Shown: positions 28,373-39,644, counted from the whole stretch's first letter. The stretch: DNA of 60,139 bases, filler included, from Candidatus Woesearchaeota archaeon (GCA_002685855.1; 5 parts of 5 records of this genome joined end to end with filler, not necessarily neighbours in it), one strand, 5' to 3'. The notes: generated from the letters alone by a model not told the origin. Translations and numbers: made by a program.

Positions 28373-28378
28373 AAGTGA

Positions 28379-31300
28379 ATGAAGAATAACTTAAATTATC
28401 AATTACAAAAACTCTTCCTGATTATCTTAGTACTACTAGTAACTCCCTCCATCTCAGCAGAAGAATCCTTCAAACCCTACCTCTACAACCCCGAAGTCCC
28501 AAAAGCACCCGCCCTTGAACTCGAAGGAAGCTATAAAACAGAACTCTTTCCAGGAGCAGCAACCTATACCTATCAAATTAAACTTCCCCCTGCAACCAAC
28601 GGCCTTCAACCACATCTTACCCTATCCTACAACAGTCAGGCATCAAACTCCCGCCCCGGCATACTTGGAACAGGCTGGTCGCTCTCACAAAACGTTATCC
28701 AAAGAAACACTAACAACACCCCGTCAGACACCTCAGATGATTTTTTCACCCTTGTCCTGCAAGGAAGCTCTGAAAAACTCATAAACAGCCAGGGAGTCTA
28801 CCACACGCAGATCGATAACTATATGCGCATAGAATTTGAAGAAGACAGCTGGATCCTCACAGCAAAAGATGGAACAACCTATACCTTTGGATCAACACCT
28901 GACTCAAAACTCGATTCTAACCTCCACGCCTACACAGTAAAATGGAGCCTTAAAGAGATAAGAGACACACACAACAATACAATAACCTTCACCTATGCAA
29001 AAGATCCCGATCCAGAAGACCTTGGAACAAGCTACCTCACAACAATAGAATACAATCAGGACAAAACCCGGCTTGTCGAACTCAGCTATGAAGACACAGT
29101 CCGCCCAGACATCTGGACATCCTACGAACAGGGACATAAATCATCCTATTCAAGAAGACTTCAAAACATTAGAGTCACTGCACAGGATGAACTCGTTCGC
29201 ATCTACCAGTTCAACTACACAACAAATCCTGAACAGACACGATCCTTTTTACAAACCCTTACCCATACAGGAAACGACGGTATTACTAGCCTGCCCCCAT
29301 TACAAATTACCTACACCTATCCAGAACCTGTTTGGGTAGAAAATCCCTCTTTTATGATGCCGGAAGACATGCCCCTCGATGATGAAGATGATGATCAAGG
29401 AGTCAGATTCACAGATCTAAACTCGGACGGCCTTCTCGACATCATTCGCTGCAAAGAAGACTCTGGGGACGTCCACTCAAATGCCTATCTGAACACAGGA
29501 TCAGGATGGCAGGAAGCTCCACAATGGAAATATCCTGCATGCAGTGAATCAGACGCATTCGTTGACACTGATGGAAAGGAATACGGTATTCGATTTGCAG
29601 ACATAAATGGTGATTCCCGTGATGACATTCTCCAATGCTACATCACAACATCAGCTTTAGATATCTCTGCAGTTGACAAAGTGTTCATTAACAAAGGAAA
29701 CCGCTGGGAGTCTGATGACTCCTACACCATACCCTTCAGCTACTGTTTTGTTGACATCATTCCCGGCAACGACCCCGATAAAGGAGTAAGACTTGCAGAC
29801 GTCAACAACGACGGCTATGTAGACCTTGTAGGAAACTGGAACGTCGCACTCAACAACAGGGATAAGAGCTGGCAGGAAGGAGCCTGGTCAACTCCACGTA
29901 GATTTATTAACGGTGGAGATGATACCGGTGCCCGTCTTATAGAGGTAAACGGCGATGGAAAGGTTGACTTTGTCATCTCAAACAACGAAGAAAGAACAGT
30001 ATATCTTAACACTGGCTCTGGCTGGACAGAAGATAGCTCCTGGGGACATATTGATGCTCAGTTTGTTACCCAGAACGGTGAAGACCTTGGTATTCGCTTT
30101 GCAGATCTCAACAATGATGGCCTAACAGACCTCTTCTACCGTGAAATAAACATAGGATATGACACCTGGTTAAATACAGGAAAAGGCTGGACACATAACA
30201 ACAACTGGCTTGTCCCAGCTGAAATAGATTTTGTCTATGATGGCGTCCGCATCTCTGATGTCAACGGAGACGGGATTCCCGATTTCCTAAAAGGTCTGGA
30301 TAACTCAAATTTCATCACCTGGACAAGCACCTCAAAAAACCCGCACCACGCAACACAATTTACAAACCAGTTCGGGGGAGAAACCTCGATAGTCTACGAT
30401 CAAAGTACAAACCTTGACAACACAAACCAGACCGGATTAGAACAACTCCCTTTCAACATGTGGGTAGTTGATGAAGTCTTCCAGGACAACAACGCCCCCC
30501 AGCCAATCATAAAGCAGTTCGTCTACACCTATGCAAAAGGCTTCTTTGACAGAGTAAATAAAGAATTCACAGGATTTGCAGAAGTTACAGAAACAATATC
30601 TGACACAAAAAAGATAAAACACCTCTTCCACCAGGATCTCCCACGAAAAGGAAAAGAATACAGGACAGAGATCCAGGACATCAACGAAAATCCCTATGCA
30701 GTATCAGAAAACACCTGGACAGCAAACGACCAGGGAGGATATTATACAGTGCTCCTGGAAAACGAAAAAAGCCACACCCATGACGGACAGCGTGAAAACC
30801 CTAAGACAACCCAGACAAACTATGAATACGACACCTATGGAAACAGAAAAAAAATCATCCAACTCGGCGACACAAGCTTTTCAGGAGATGAAAAATATGA
30901 AGAACACACCTACACCTACAACCTTGATGCCTACATTGTAGATGCAGTAATTCAATCAAAGACCTATGGGCAGAACCAATCAGACTACAGAGAAACCTTA
31001 TCCTCCTATGATGGCCTCGACTGGGGAACCCCACCCACAAAAGGCGACCTCACAAAACAAGAGGCATGGACAGGCACAACATTCATAACAAATACCTTTC
31101 AACACGACCAATTTGGAAACATCGTAAACAGAACAGATGGAAAAAACCACTCAACAACCTATCAGTATGGAATAAGAGATCCAACCCACACCTTCCCCGA
31201 AAGTGAAACAAACTTTCTTGGCCAAACAACCACAACAGAGTATGATCCCGGAACAGGTAATGTCCTGAGTGTGGTTGATCCTAACGAATATGAAACACAT

Positions 31301-34300
31301 TTTGTCTATGACTTCTTCGGACGAAAACAAAAAGAAATCCTTCCCTATGACAATGCATTTTTTCCAACCACCGAATACCTCTACGAAATCGGAGAACTCC
31401 CTCAAAAAATTAAAGTATCTGAACGAATCACACCCTTATCCTCTGAAACCTTTGACACCTACTACTACTATGACGGATTCTCAAACCTGATACAGGTTAA
31501 AGAAGAGGCAGACCAGGGACAACTCATAAAAAACATTAACTACGACACCCTTTTCCGTGTCCAAAAGATAGAATACCCCTTCTTCCAGGAGTTCAACACA
31601 GAATACACTCCAATACACAACCAATATGACATCGAATATCTCTATGATCCTGTCAACAGAGTCCTTGAAAACAGAAATCCTGACAACACAAAAAAATCCG
31701 TCTCCTATGATCATTGGACAATAACAAGCACTGCAGAAAACAACATCAAAACAGAATACCGAGAAGATGCCCATGGCAACATCCAGGAAGTAAAAGAATT
31801 TAACAATGCAGATACCTATACAACACTGTACGACTATAATTCCTTTAGTGAATTAACAGTAATAACCGATGCAGAAGGAAATAATGTAAGATTTTTCTAC
31901 GATGCACTCGGAAGAAAAACAAGAGATGAAAGCCCTGACAGAGGAACCTGGCACTACACCTATGACTCAAACAGCAATATCGAAACAATTACAGACAGTA
32001 GAAACATACGCACAACAATAGAGCATGATGAACTCAACAGACCCACAAGAAAGTATAGCCCCAGCCAGGAAATCAGTTACACCTATGATGACCCTGTTAT
32101 AGGAACCCTCTCCTCTGCAACATCAAACAACATCACCACAACCTATACCTATGACAAACGCTTACGCACACTATCAGAAACCCTTGAAGTCGATGAGGAA
32201 ATCCTCACAACAGAATATTCCTACGACTCCCAGGACAAGATAAAAAACATCACCTATCCAAACACAGAAAGCAGAACCTACAGATATGATACAGGAGGAA
32301 ACCTTAACTTTTTGGAAGGAATTCTAACAACCATTACCTACGACTCTTTCAGTTTACCCACAACAATAACCTATACAAACAACGCATTTATCACGAACCA
32401 GTACAACGAAGAAACACACCGCCTGAACAAAAGCAACCTCTCTGATGAAAAGGTCCTGCTCTACACCTTTGATGAAGTCGGAAACGTAGTTGAAATAAAG
32501 GACGAAAAGAACAACGACCAGCTTTCCCTCTTGTATGATGATCTCTCACGCCTCATCCATGCAAAATATGAAAGCTATGGATCAACCCTTTTTAACATAA
32601 GCTATAATTATTCAGCAATCGGAAACATCAAAGAGATTAAAGACAGCGGAAACGTCATGCAGTACATCTACAGCGCACTTGTTCATGCACCCTCCAGAAT
32701 ACTGGTGCTCTTTGATGAAAACCTTCCTCCACACATAGAAAACCTCACTCCCGACAACCAAACAAATATTGGAATCCATCCATTGCTCGAATGGGATGCA
32801 TACGATCCCAACAACGACCCATTGGAGTTTACTGTTCTGCTCGCAGAAAATGAAAACTTCACACCTCTTATCCTCAATCAAACAGTATATGCCCCCCAAC
32901 TCTCAGTAGACGCCCCCTTAGCCTACCTCACAACCTACTATTGGAAAGTTATCGCCTCAGACGGAATAAACATCACAGAAAGCGAAACTGCCTCATTCAC
33001 GACGAGAAAGAATGAAAGTTGGAGTGATGATATTCGTATCACAGAGGATGAAAGCGATTCCTATAATCCATCAATAGCAGTAGATAAATATGGAAATTCA
33101 CACATAGTCTGGGTTGACTGGATGGATGGCAACGCGGAGATATATTATTCAAAACGAGATAGCTATGGAAACCCCTTGCTTGAAACAAAAAGAATAACCA
33201 ATAATGATGCAAATTCAGGATTGCCAGAGATTGCTGTTGATAGCAACAACAATGTCCATATCGTCTGGAACGATGCAAGAACAGGAAATGACGAGATTTT
33301 TTACTCAAAACTGGATGAAGAGGGTAATTTCCTAGTCGAAAATACTCAATTAACACACATGGTAGAAGAATCCAGTACTGCTGATTTGGCGATTGATAGT
33401 ACTAACAACATCCATGTCGTGTGGGAAGACAGGAGAACAGGCGGTGTACAAATTTATTACATGAAGTTAAATAATGATGGTGTCAAATTGGTTAACGACA
33501 CGCAAATAACATATGCTGGTGCCTCCGATTACTCTTCAATTATTACAGATCCACAGGATGATCTTCATGTGACCTGGCATGACCACCGACACGAAATCCA
33601 TCTATACTATTTGAAACTTGATAATAATGGAGTGCCAATAGGAGAAGAAAAGAAATTGACGCCAGATAACCACTTAGTACATGCCCACGATACCACAGTT
33701 GATGACTCAGGGAATATCCATCTTATTTGGCAATTCAATCAAGGTTCGGTAAGTGAATTATACTATAAAAAATTAAACAACTCAGGTGACACCCTTATTA
33801 CTACAAATAATATCACAACTAATGCTAAAGTAAGGGGATATCCCTCGATAAGCCATATGGATGGAGAATTACACGTAGCTTGGTTTTCCGATAAGGATGT
33901 AAATTATGAAGTCTATTATGCACTTCTAGACCTTTTTGGAACTAAACGTGTCGACGACACAAGATTAACCTTTAACCAAGAAAGATCCGACACAACCCAC
34001 ATTTCAGCTCAGGACGGTGTTGTAGCTATTGTCTGGAGAGATCAGAAAGATGGAAATCCAGAAATCTACTTCAAAACAAAATCAAATAAAACAAACTCAC
34101 CGCCCATCATATCCGATTTGCAACCCAACAACACTACAAATGCATCTATTTTCCCTCTATTGTCCTGGAATGCCTATGACCCGGACAACGACACCTTAGA
34201 ATACACACTTACTCTGGCATTAGATTCTAATTTTACAACACTGTTGATAAACGAAACAGTACAAATAGAACAATTTCAAGCAGAAAACCTCAATTACTCC

Positions 34301-35104
34301 ACAACATACTATTGGAAAATAATTGCCACTGACGATATCCACATCACTGAAAGCCAAACAGCCTGGTTCAAAACAAAAAACAGGTTCAATATCCCTGCAC
34401 CCATCGAGGTATTCATCAATGAAACAGAATGCGGTCGAAATATTACTAAAGATATTACCTTAGAAGAGGACATTGAATGTGATAATAATGGTTTTATTTT
34501 TGGGGAAGATAATATCCGACTTGACTGTGCTGGTCATTCTATAAAAGGAAATAAAGGATATACAGGAATAAATATTAATAATAAAGTAAGAGGGTATATA
34601 ACAAATTGTTCTATTGAAGGTTTTAAAACAGGTCTATTAATTAATAATTCAATGTTTATTCATTTATATGATAATTCATTTCAGTCAAAGGATCAAGGCA
34701 TCATGATCGAAAACAGTAATTTTACATTAATATTTAATTCATCATTTATTAACAATGAAAAAGGCGTTGATAATATCAGAAGTCCTTGGACAGAAATTAT
34801 TAGGAGTAGATTTCATAATAATTCTCTTGGACTTTCGGTTTCAAACTCAGACTTTATTGACATAAGATTTAATAATCTTTTTCAGGACAACGAGATAGGA
34901 ATAGGAATAAATAAATCAATTTTTTCAAATATTATAAATAACGACTTCATCAACAACAGACAACAAGCCATCGAATTAAACAACAAGAACTCGTGGAATA
35001 AGAACTACTGGGACGACTTCGAACAAAACCCCGGTTACCCTGACTACTACCAAATACAGTACACAAGAAACAAAGATGAAAACCCGAGAGATTCTCCCCA
35101 CTAA
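28379..35104 (+). CDS. Secreted SpvB/TcB-like YD-repeat protein with FG-GAP repeats, two FN3-like domains, beta-propeller and NosD-like beta-helix
   Basis: Sec signal; GAATY..I.LPP..NGLQP.L.LSYNS..G.GW SpvB start; D.N.DG..D repeats; EFTGFA; many YD/YTYD repeats; no RHS core. Confidence 0.88.
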   Translation: MKNNLNYQLQKLFLIILVLLVTPSISAEESFKPYLYNPEVPKAPALELEGSYKTELFPGAATYTYQIKLPPATNGLQPHLTLSYNSQASNSRPGILGTGWSLSQNVIQRNTNNTPSDTSDDFFTLVLQGSSEKLINSQGVYHTQIDNYMRIEFEEDSWILTAKDGTTYTFGSTPDSKLDSNLHAYTVKWSLKEIRDTHNNTITFTYAKDPDPEDLGTSYLTTIEYNQDKTRLVELSYEDTVRPDIWTSYEQGHKSSYSRRLQNIRVTAQDELVRIYQFNYTTNPEQTRSFLQTLTHTGNDGITSLPPLQITYTYPEPVWVENPSFMMPEDMPLDDEDDDQGVRFTDLNSDGLLDIIRCKEDSGDVHSNAYLNTGSGWQEAPQWKYPACSESDAFVDTDGKEYGIRFADINGDSRDDILQCYITTSALDISAVDKVFINKGNRWESDDSYTIPFSYCFVDIIPGNDPDKGVRLADVNNDGYVDLVGNWNVALNNRDKSWQEGAWSTPRRFINGGDDTGARLIEVNGDGKVDFVISNNEERTVYLNTGSGWTEDSSWGHIDAQFVTQNGEDLGIRFADLNNDGLTDLFYREINIGYDTWLNTGKGWTHNNNWLVPAEIDFVYDGVRISDVNGDGIPDFLKGLDNSNFITWTSTSKNPHHATQFTNQFGGETSIVYDQSTNLDNTNQTGLEQLPFNMWVVDEVFQDNNAPQPIIKQFVYTYAKGFFDRVNKEFTGFAEVTETISDTKKIKHLFHQDLPRKGKEYRTEIQDINENPYAVSENTWTANDQGGYYTVLLENEKSHTHDGQRENPKTTQTNYEYDTYGNRKKIIQLGDTSFSGDEKYEEHTYTYNLDAYIVDAVIQSKTYGQNQSDYRETLSSYDGLDWGTPPTKGDLTKQEAWTGTTFITNTFQHDQFGNIVNRTDGKNHSTTYQYGIRDPTHTFPESETNFLGQTTTTEYDPGTGNVLSVVDPNEYETHFVYDFFGRKQKEILPYDNAFFPTTEYLYEIGELPQKIKVSERITPLSSETFDTYYYYDGFSNLIQVKEEADQGQLIKNINYDTLFRVQKIEYPFFQEFNTEYTPIHNQYDIEYLYDPVNRVLENRNPDNTKKSVSYDHWTITSTAENNIKTEYREDAHGNIQEVKEFNNADTYTTLYDYNSFSELTVITDAEGNNVRFFYDALGRKTRDESPDRGTWHYTYDSNSNIETITDSRNIRTTIEHDELNRPTRKYSPSQEISYTYDDPVIGTLSSATSNNITTTYTYDKRLRTLSETLEVDEEILTTEYSYDSQDKIKNITYPNTESRTYRYDTGGNLNFLEGILTTITYDSFSLPTTITYTNNAFITNQYNEETHRLNKSNLSDEKVLLYTFDEVGNVVEIKDEKNNDQLSLLYDDLSRLIHAKYESYGSTLFNISYNYSAIGNIKEIKDSGNVMQYIYSALVHAPSRILVLFDENLPPHIENLTPDNQTNIGIHPLLEWDAYDPNNDPLEFTVLLAENENFTPLILNQTVYAPQLSVDAPLAYLTTYYWKVIASDGINITESETASFTTRKNESWSDDIRITEDESDSYNPSIAVDKYGNSHIVWVDWMDGNAEIYYSKRDSYGNPLLETKRITNNDANSGLPEIAVDSNNNVHIVWNDARTGNDEIFYSKLDEEGNFLVENTQLTHMVEESSTADLAIDSTNNIHVVWEDRRTGGVQIYYMKLNNDGVKLVNDTQITYAGASDYSSIITDPQDDLHVTWHDHRHEIHLYYLKLDNNGVPIGEEKKLTPDNHLVHAHDTTVDDSGNIHLIWQFNQGSVSELYYKKLNNSGDTLITTNNITTNAKVRGYPSISHMDGELHVAWFSDKDVNYEVYYALLDLFGTKRVDDTRLTFNQERSDTTHISAQDGVVAIVWRDQKDGNPEIYFKTKSNKTNSPPIISDLQPNNTTNASIFPLLSWNAYDPDNDTLEYTLTLALDSNFTTLLINETVQIEQFQAENLNYSTTYYWKIIATDDIHITESQTAWFKTKNRFNIPAPIEVFINETECGRNITKDITLEEDIECDNNGFIFGEDNIRLDCAGHSIKGNKGYTGININNKVRGYITNCSIEGFKTGLLINNSMFIHLYDNSFQSKDQGIMIENSNFTLIFNSSFINNEKGVDNIRSPWTEIIRSRFHNNSLGLSVSNSDFIDIRFNNLFQDNEIGIGINKSIFSNIINNDFINNRQQAIELNNKNSWNKNYWDDFEQNPGYPDYYQIQYTRNKDENPRDSPH

Positions 35105-35547
35105 TTCCTCTCCCTTCTCAGAAAACTCCCTCTATCAAACGTATTCAGAACTATCTTTTTCCCCTTCTTTCGGGTAATTTGTCCAACCCCCAACACCTCA
35201 TCCTTCTCACTCATAACAAGAACCGTACTATCATCTGCCTTCTTTCTAATAACAGAATCCCAGAACACATCCTTTCCGCACACAAACAACCACCCAACCT
35301 TTTCATCAACCCACACCTTCTGTGTAGTGTGGGGAGCAATCCAATCCAGCAATACAACTGATGGAGTAAAAAACTTCCCTTCTTCCCCTAGAAAAAGACC
35401 TGAAGAATACGATCCTTTATCAATACTTTTCTCAACCTCTAAAAGTTCAGGAGAAACAGAATAATACCGTCTTCCTCGCTTCTCAACAGGATAGGAAATC
35501 TTCTCATATGAACAAAACTTTGCAACAAACTCTTGTAATCTATTCAT
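35101..35547 (-). CDS. NIP7-like PUA-domain ribosome biogenesis protein
   Basis: GLFLGE, WLFVCGKDVF, EVLGVG, DRGSFLRRE. Confidence 0.7.
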   Translation of the reverse strand: MNRLQEFVAKFCSYEKISYPVEKRGRRYYSVSPELLEVEKSIDKGSYSSGLFLGEEGKFFTPSVVLLDWIAPHTTQKVWVDEKVGWLFVCGKDVFWDSVIRKKADDSTVLVMSEKDEVLGVGQITRKKGKKIVLNTFDRGSFLRRERN

Positions 35548-36775
35548 TCTCTAACTCTACCTGGGGGATCTCTGCCAGGGTTCTCTTTATGTCTTCCAGG
35601 ATAGCATAACTATCAAACTTATCCAGCTTACTCTGAATTACTGCACTCTCGGCCTCCTTTTGTTCGATCTTCTTTTTTGTGTTTTCAAGCCAGCTCTCCT
35701 GTTCAGAAATATTCAGCTGGACAATATTCTGGCTTTTCAATTTTGAAATCTTGTCAAGTTCTAATTCCCGAAGTTCAACCTGTTGAAGAATGCCCACCAA
35801 CATCTCCTTAGAGAATTGGTTGATTGCTTTCTTTGTAGCTTCTGCCTTCTTGTCCTTCAAACCAAGTTCGGTGAGCAAGCCTTTCATTTTCTCGAGTTCA
35901 GAAAATATCTTAAAAGAACTATCTTCCTGGGAAGCAATGAGCGGATCATCAAGATATCCTTGAAAAAAATCCTCCTGGGATGTTTTATGTGCATACTTTT
36001 TAATGGCTTTCTCCATTGCTGCAAATACATCAACTAAGGGTTGGCAGATCTCCTGGCATTCCTCTTCGATTTCGTCCTCTTTCTTCTTAAAACTATGCAG
36101 TTGTTGATATCCCTGGCTTTTCAATAAGCCATCCACCTTTTCCTGAATGCGTTCCTCCTTTTTCTGCAGCTCGGTAATCTCATCCCGAATCTCCTGATGC
36201 TTAAATTTAAACTGTTCCTGAACCTGCTGTGCCTCGCGATACCTTCGTAGATGAAGTTGCAAAGCATTTAAACTATCAAGTTGTCTCTCCTGTAGATTTG
36301 TATGAAGTTGGTCAGTAACTTGTTCGATCTTCTTGATCTTTTCCCCAACTGCCTGCACTTCATCAGCAAGAAACTGCTGCAAGATATAGAAGTTCTTGTG
36401 TGTATCCTTACTCAGCCTATCCAGCATCTCACCAAGCTCAGCAGACACATTGAATGCCTCTTCAAGATTGGTGGGCTTTGGAAGATGTTCTAAAAATAAG
36501 GTAATCTTATGAATATAGTGTTGCCGGTTCCCCTCCATGATCTGCTTCTCCTTTGCAGGGATCTTCTCATTCATCAGCACAGCCATTGAAAGCTTTTGTA
36601 AATTAACCTTAATATCCTCTCCAATGTCCTTTATCTTCAGAATATACGTATCAAGCAAATCTTCAACCTTCTGGCTTGCTAACTGTTCTGCAATCCAGGC
36701 TTCCACCTGATCCAGCTTTAGCTTTACTGGAACAAGCTCCTGTTTTGGCTTTTTAAAAAAGGAAAAGATACCCAT
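35540..36775 (-). CDS. Hypothetical coiled-coil protein
   Basis: 411-aa E/K/Q/L-rich ORF. Confidence 0.8.
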   Translation of the reverse strand: MGIFSFFKKPKQELVPVKLKLDQVEAWIAEQLASQKVEDLLDTYILKIKDIGEDIKVNLQKLSMAVLMNEKIPAKEKQIMEGNRQHYIHKITLFLEHLPKPTNLEEAFNVSAELGEMLDRLSKDTHKNFYILQQFLADEVQAVGEKIKKIEQVTDQLHTNLQERQLDSLNALQLHLRRYREAQQVQEQFKFKHQEIRDEITELQKKEERIQEKVDGLLKSQGYQQLHSFKKKEDEIEEECQEICQPLVDVFAAMEKAIKKYAHKTSQEDFFQGYLDDPLIASQEDSSFKIFSELEKMKGLLTELGLKDKKAEATKKAINQFSKEMLVGILQQVELRELELDKISKLKSQNIVQLNISEQESWLENTKKKIEQKEAESAVIQSKLDKFDSYAILEDIKRTLAEIPQVELENE

Positions 36776-36833
36776 ACAGGCGTAAAAAGCTTATTCTATA
36801 TAATCTTTTTCAAAAAAAGAAGAAAAATAGGCC

Positions 36834-38552
36834 TTAAAGAAGGCCTCCCCCGTTCCGAATAAGCATAAACAGAGGTATAAATACCAGCGCCACAACACTC
36901 ATCAGCTTCAAGAGGATATTAATTGAAGGCCCACTTGTATCCTTATATGGGTCCCCAACAGTATCTCCTACAACCGCTGCTTTATGGGCTTCTGAGCCCT
37001 TTCCGCCATGGTGACCCGACTCAATATACTTCTTTGCATTATCCCATGCTCCGCCTGCATTAGCCATATAGATCGCCATTAAGACACCTGTCACTAATGA
37101 GCCTGCAAGAAGTCCTCCAAGAGCTTCCACTCCTAAAACCACGCCTACAAGGATAGGAATGAGGATTGCGAGCAATCCAGGCACAACCATCTCCTTCAAC
37201 GCACCAACCGTACTGATATCCACACAGCGGGCATAATCTGCCTTTCCCTTCCCCTCTAACAAGCCTTTTATCTCTTTAAACTGCCTTCGAACCTCTTCAA
37301 TCATCTTAAAAGCAGCCTTTCCAACAGCTTTCATAGTAAGGGCTGAGAACAGGAACACCGTTATTCCGCCGATCAGCAAGCCGATTAATACATTTGGAGT
37401 TGTCAAAGATATCACTGAAACCTTTGCTTCCAGGGCATACACATTAAAAAATGCCAATGCAGTCAAAGCAGCACTTCCAATAGCAAACCCTTTGCCCATC
37501 GCAGCAGTCGTATTCCCAACACTGTCAAGCGCATCAGTTCTCTTTCTAACATCCTTTCCAAGCTCAGACATCTCTGCAATCCCCCCTGCATTATCTGCCA
37601 CAGGTCCATATGCGTCAACAGCCAGACTAATCCCCAGAGTTGAAAGCATACCGACAGCAGCAATACTAATTCCATACAAGCCAGCAAAATGATAGGAGAC
37701 AAAGATGGCAATAGCAATAATCAGGATAGGAAGAGCCGTAGACTCCATCCCCACCGCCAGTCCATGAATAATGTTCGTTGCAGAACCGGTCTCAGACGCC
37801 TTTGCAATCCTCTTAACAGGAGAAAAATCTGCACTCGTAAAATACTCTGTTATTAATCCTATCAACACACCACCAACAAGCCCTGAAAGGATAGCCCAGA
37901 ACACATCTGAGCTCTGGAGAAGTCCTTTTACCAGGAACCAGGCAGCAATCAAGACAATACCGCTCGCAGCAAACAATCCATTCCGCAAGGCAGTATGAAT
38001 TTTTTTCTCATTCTTTGCTTGGACAAAGAATCCGCCAAGAATACTTGCAACAATCCCTACCGAAGCAATCATAAGAGGAAGAACAACGCCATTTGTTCCA
38101 TAGGCCGCAAAGCCTAGCGCCATCGTAGCAATAATACTTCCAACATAGCTCTCAAAAAGATCAGCACCCATGCCCGCAACATCACCCACATTATCACCTA
38201 CATTATCGGCAATCGTGGCAGGATTTCGGGGGTCATCTTCAGGAATACCTGCCTCAACCTTCCCTACAAGATCGGCCCCGACATCAGCAGCCTTGGTATA
38301 GATACCTCCCCCAACCCTTGCAAAAAGTGCAATGCTTGATGCTCCCAAACTAAATCCATAGATCAATCCAGCATCCTTAAACATCCAGAACAATATACCA
38401 ATTCCGATAAGACCAAGTCCAACAACAGACAAGCCCATCACACTCCCACTTCTAAACGCAACAGTCAAAGCACTCCCAATACTCTTTCGTGCAGCATCTG
38501 TGGTCCGAACATTTGCCCGTGTCGCGATATGCATCCCTATGATCCCTGCAAC
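36834..38552 (-). CDS. hppA: Membrane ion-translocating pyrophosphatase, K+-dependent type (5' truncated)
   Basis: [46 protein letters not shown]. Confidence 0.95.
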   Translation of the reverse strand, partial: VAGIIGMHIATRANVRTTDAARKSIGSALTVAFRSGSVMGLSVVGLGLIGIGILFWMFKDAGLIYGFSLGASSIALFARVGGGIYTKAADVGADLVGKVEAGIPEDDPRNPATIADNVGDNVGDVAGMGADLFESYVGSIIATMALGFAAYGTNGVVLPLMIASVGIVASILGGFFVQAKNEKKIHTALRNGLFAASGIVLIAAWFLVKGLLQSSDVFWAILSGLVGGVLIGLITEYFTSADFSPVKRIAKASETGSATNIIHGLAVGMESTALPILIIAIAIFVSYHFAGLYGISIAAVGMLSTLGISLAVDAYGPVADNAGGIAEMSELGKDVRKRTDALDSVGNTTAAMGKGFAIGSAALTALAFFNVYALEAKVSVISLTTPNVLIGLLIGGITVFLFSALTMKAVGKAAFKMIEEVRRQFKEIKGLLEGKGKADYARCVDISTVGALKEMVVPGLLAILIPILVGVVLGVEALGGLLAGSLVTGVLMAIYMANAGGAWDNAKKYIESGHHGGKGSEAHKAAVVGDTVGDPYKDTSGPSINILLKLMSVVALVFIPLFMLIRNGGGLL

Positions 38553-38553
38553 A

Positions 38554-38653
38554 NNNNNNNNNNNNNNNNNNNNNNNNNNNNNNNNNNNNNNNNNNNNTTA
38601 ATTAATTAANNNNNNNNNNNNNNNNNNNNNNNNNNNNNNNNNNNNNNNNNNNN
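38554..38653. other. Artificial contig spacer
   Basis: N-run, TTAATTAATTAA, N-run. Confidence 0.98.
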
Positions 38654-39451
38654 AAATAAATCGGCAATCCCAGCTGCCTGCTCTAAATATCCCCCGCTGT
38701 TATTTCTTAGGTCAAGCAAAAGCCTTTTCATTCCTTTTGTTTTTAGTCGTTTAATTGCCTTTTCTACTTCCTGTTTGGTTGTTGCTGAAAATCTTGTGAG
38801 GCGGATATATCCAGTAGAGTCGTCTACCATTATTTCTGCTCTGACGCTATAAATTGGAATATTGTCCCTTACAATGGTAACATTAAATGGTTTTTTGGTT
38901 CCTATTCGTTTTATGGTTATATCGACCGGTGTCCCCTTTTTTCCTCTGAGTTTTTCAAACACCTGCTCTTTTTTTATTTCATATGCGTCCTCTCCATTGA
39001 TTTTGATAATTTTGTCTCCCGGCTGTAGGCCAGCTCGCTCCGAGGGGCTGTCCGCCACCGGTGTAATGACAGTGATGTATCCATTTAAAATATCAAACTC
39101 TATTCCAATGCCTTGAAACTTTCCCTTAAATTTTTCATCGCTATCTTCCAGCTCTTTTGGGGGAATGTAAACCGAGTGTGGATCTAGTTTTTTCATAATA
39201 CCCTCAAAGGCTCCGTCCATCAACTTTGCTAGGTCTACCTTTTCAAAATGATATTCATTTATATACGTTATGATTTGAATGAGAACCTGCATTTTTCCGT
39301 TTAGGGTTTCATTGGTTCCTTTTCCTTGGCCATAAATAAGTTGATAAAATGAGGAAAAGAACATGAAAAGAAGCCCCGCACACATAATCAGTGTTGTTTT
39401 TTTTATATTTAAAAAATATTTCACAGTTCCTTTGTTCATGTTTAGCCGCAA
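38654..39451 (-). CDS. ctpA: S41 carboxy-terminal processing protease with PDZ domain (3' truncated)
   Basis: LDPHSVY, GIGIEF PDZ, GYIRLTRFS, LDLRNNSGG. Confidence 0.9.
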
Positions 39452-39644
39452 ATCTATCTCGGAATTGCCAAAACATACCAGAACTCATTTGCTAACAATA
39501 TCTCCCGGGGGTTGGGTGTTTTGATTACCATATTTGTCTAGAATAACACCAATTAGGATTTTATCTATTTAAGGCGGCCTATAAAAACCTATCGAAAACA
39601 GTGTGCGCAAAAGGGTTTTTCGTAAAAAATGTTTTTATAATATG

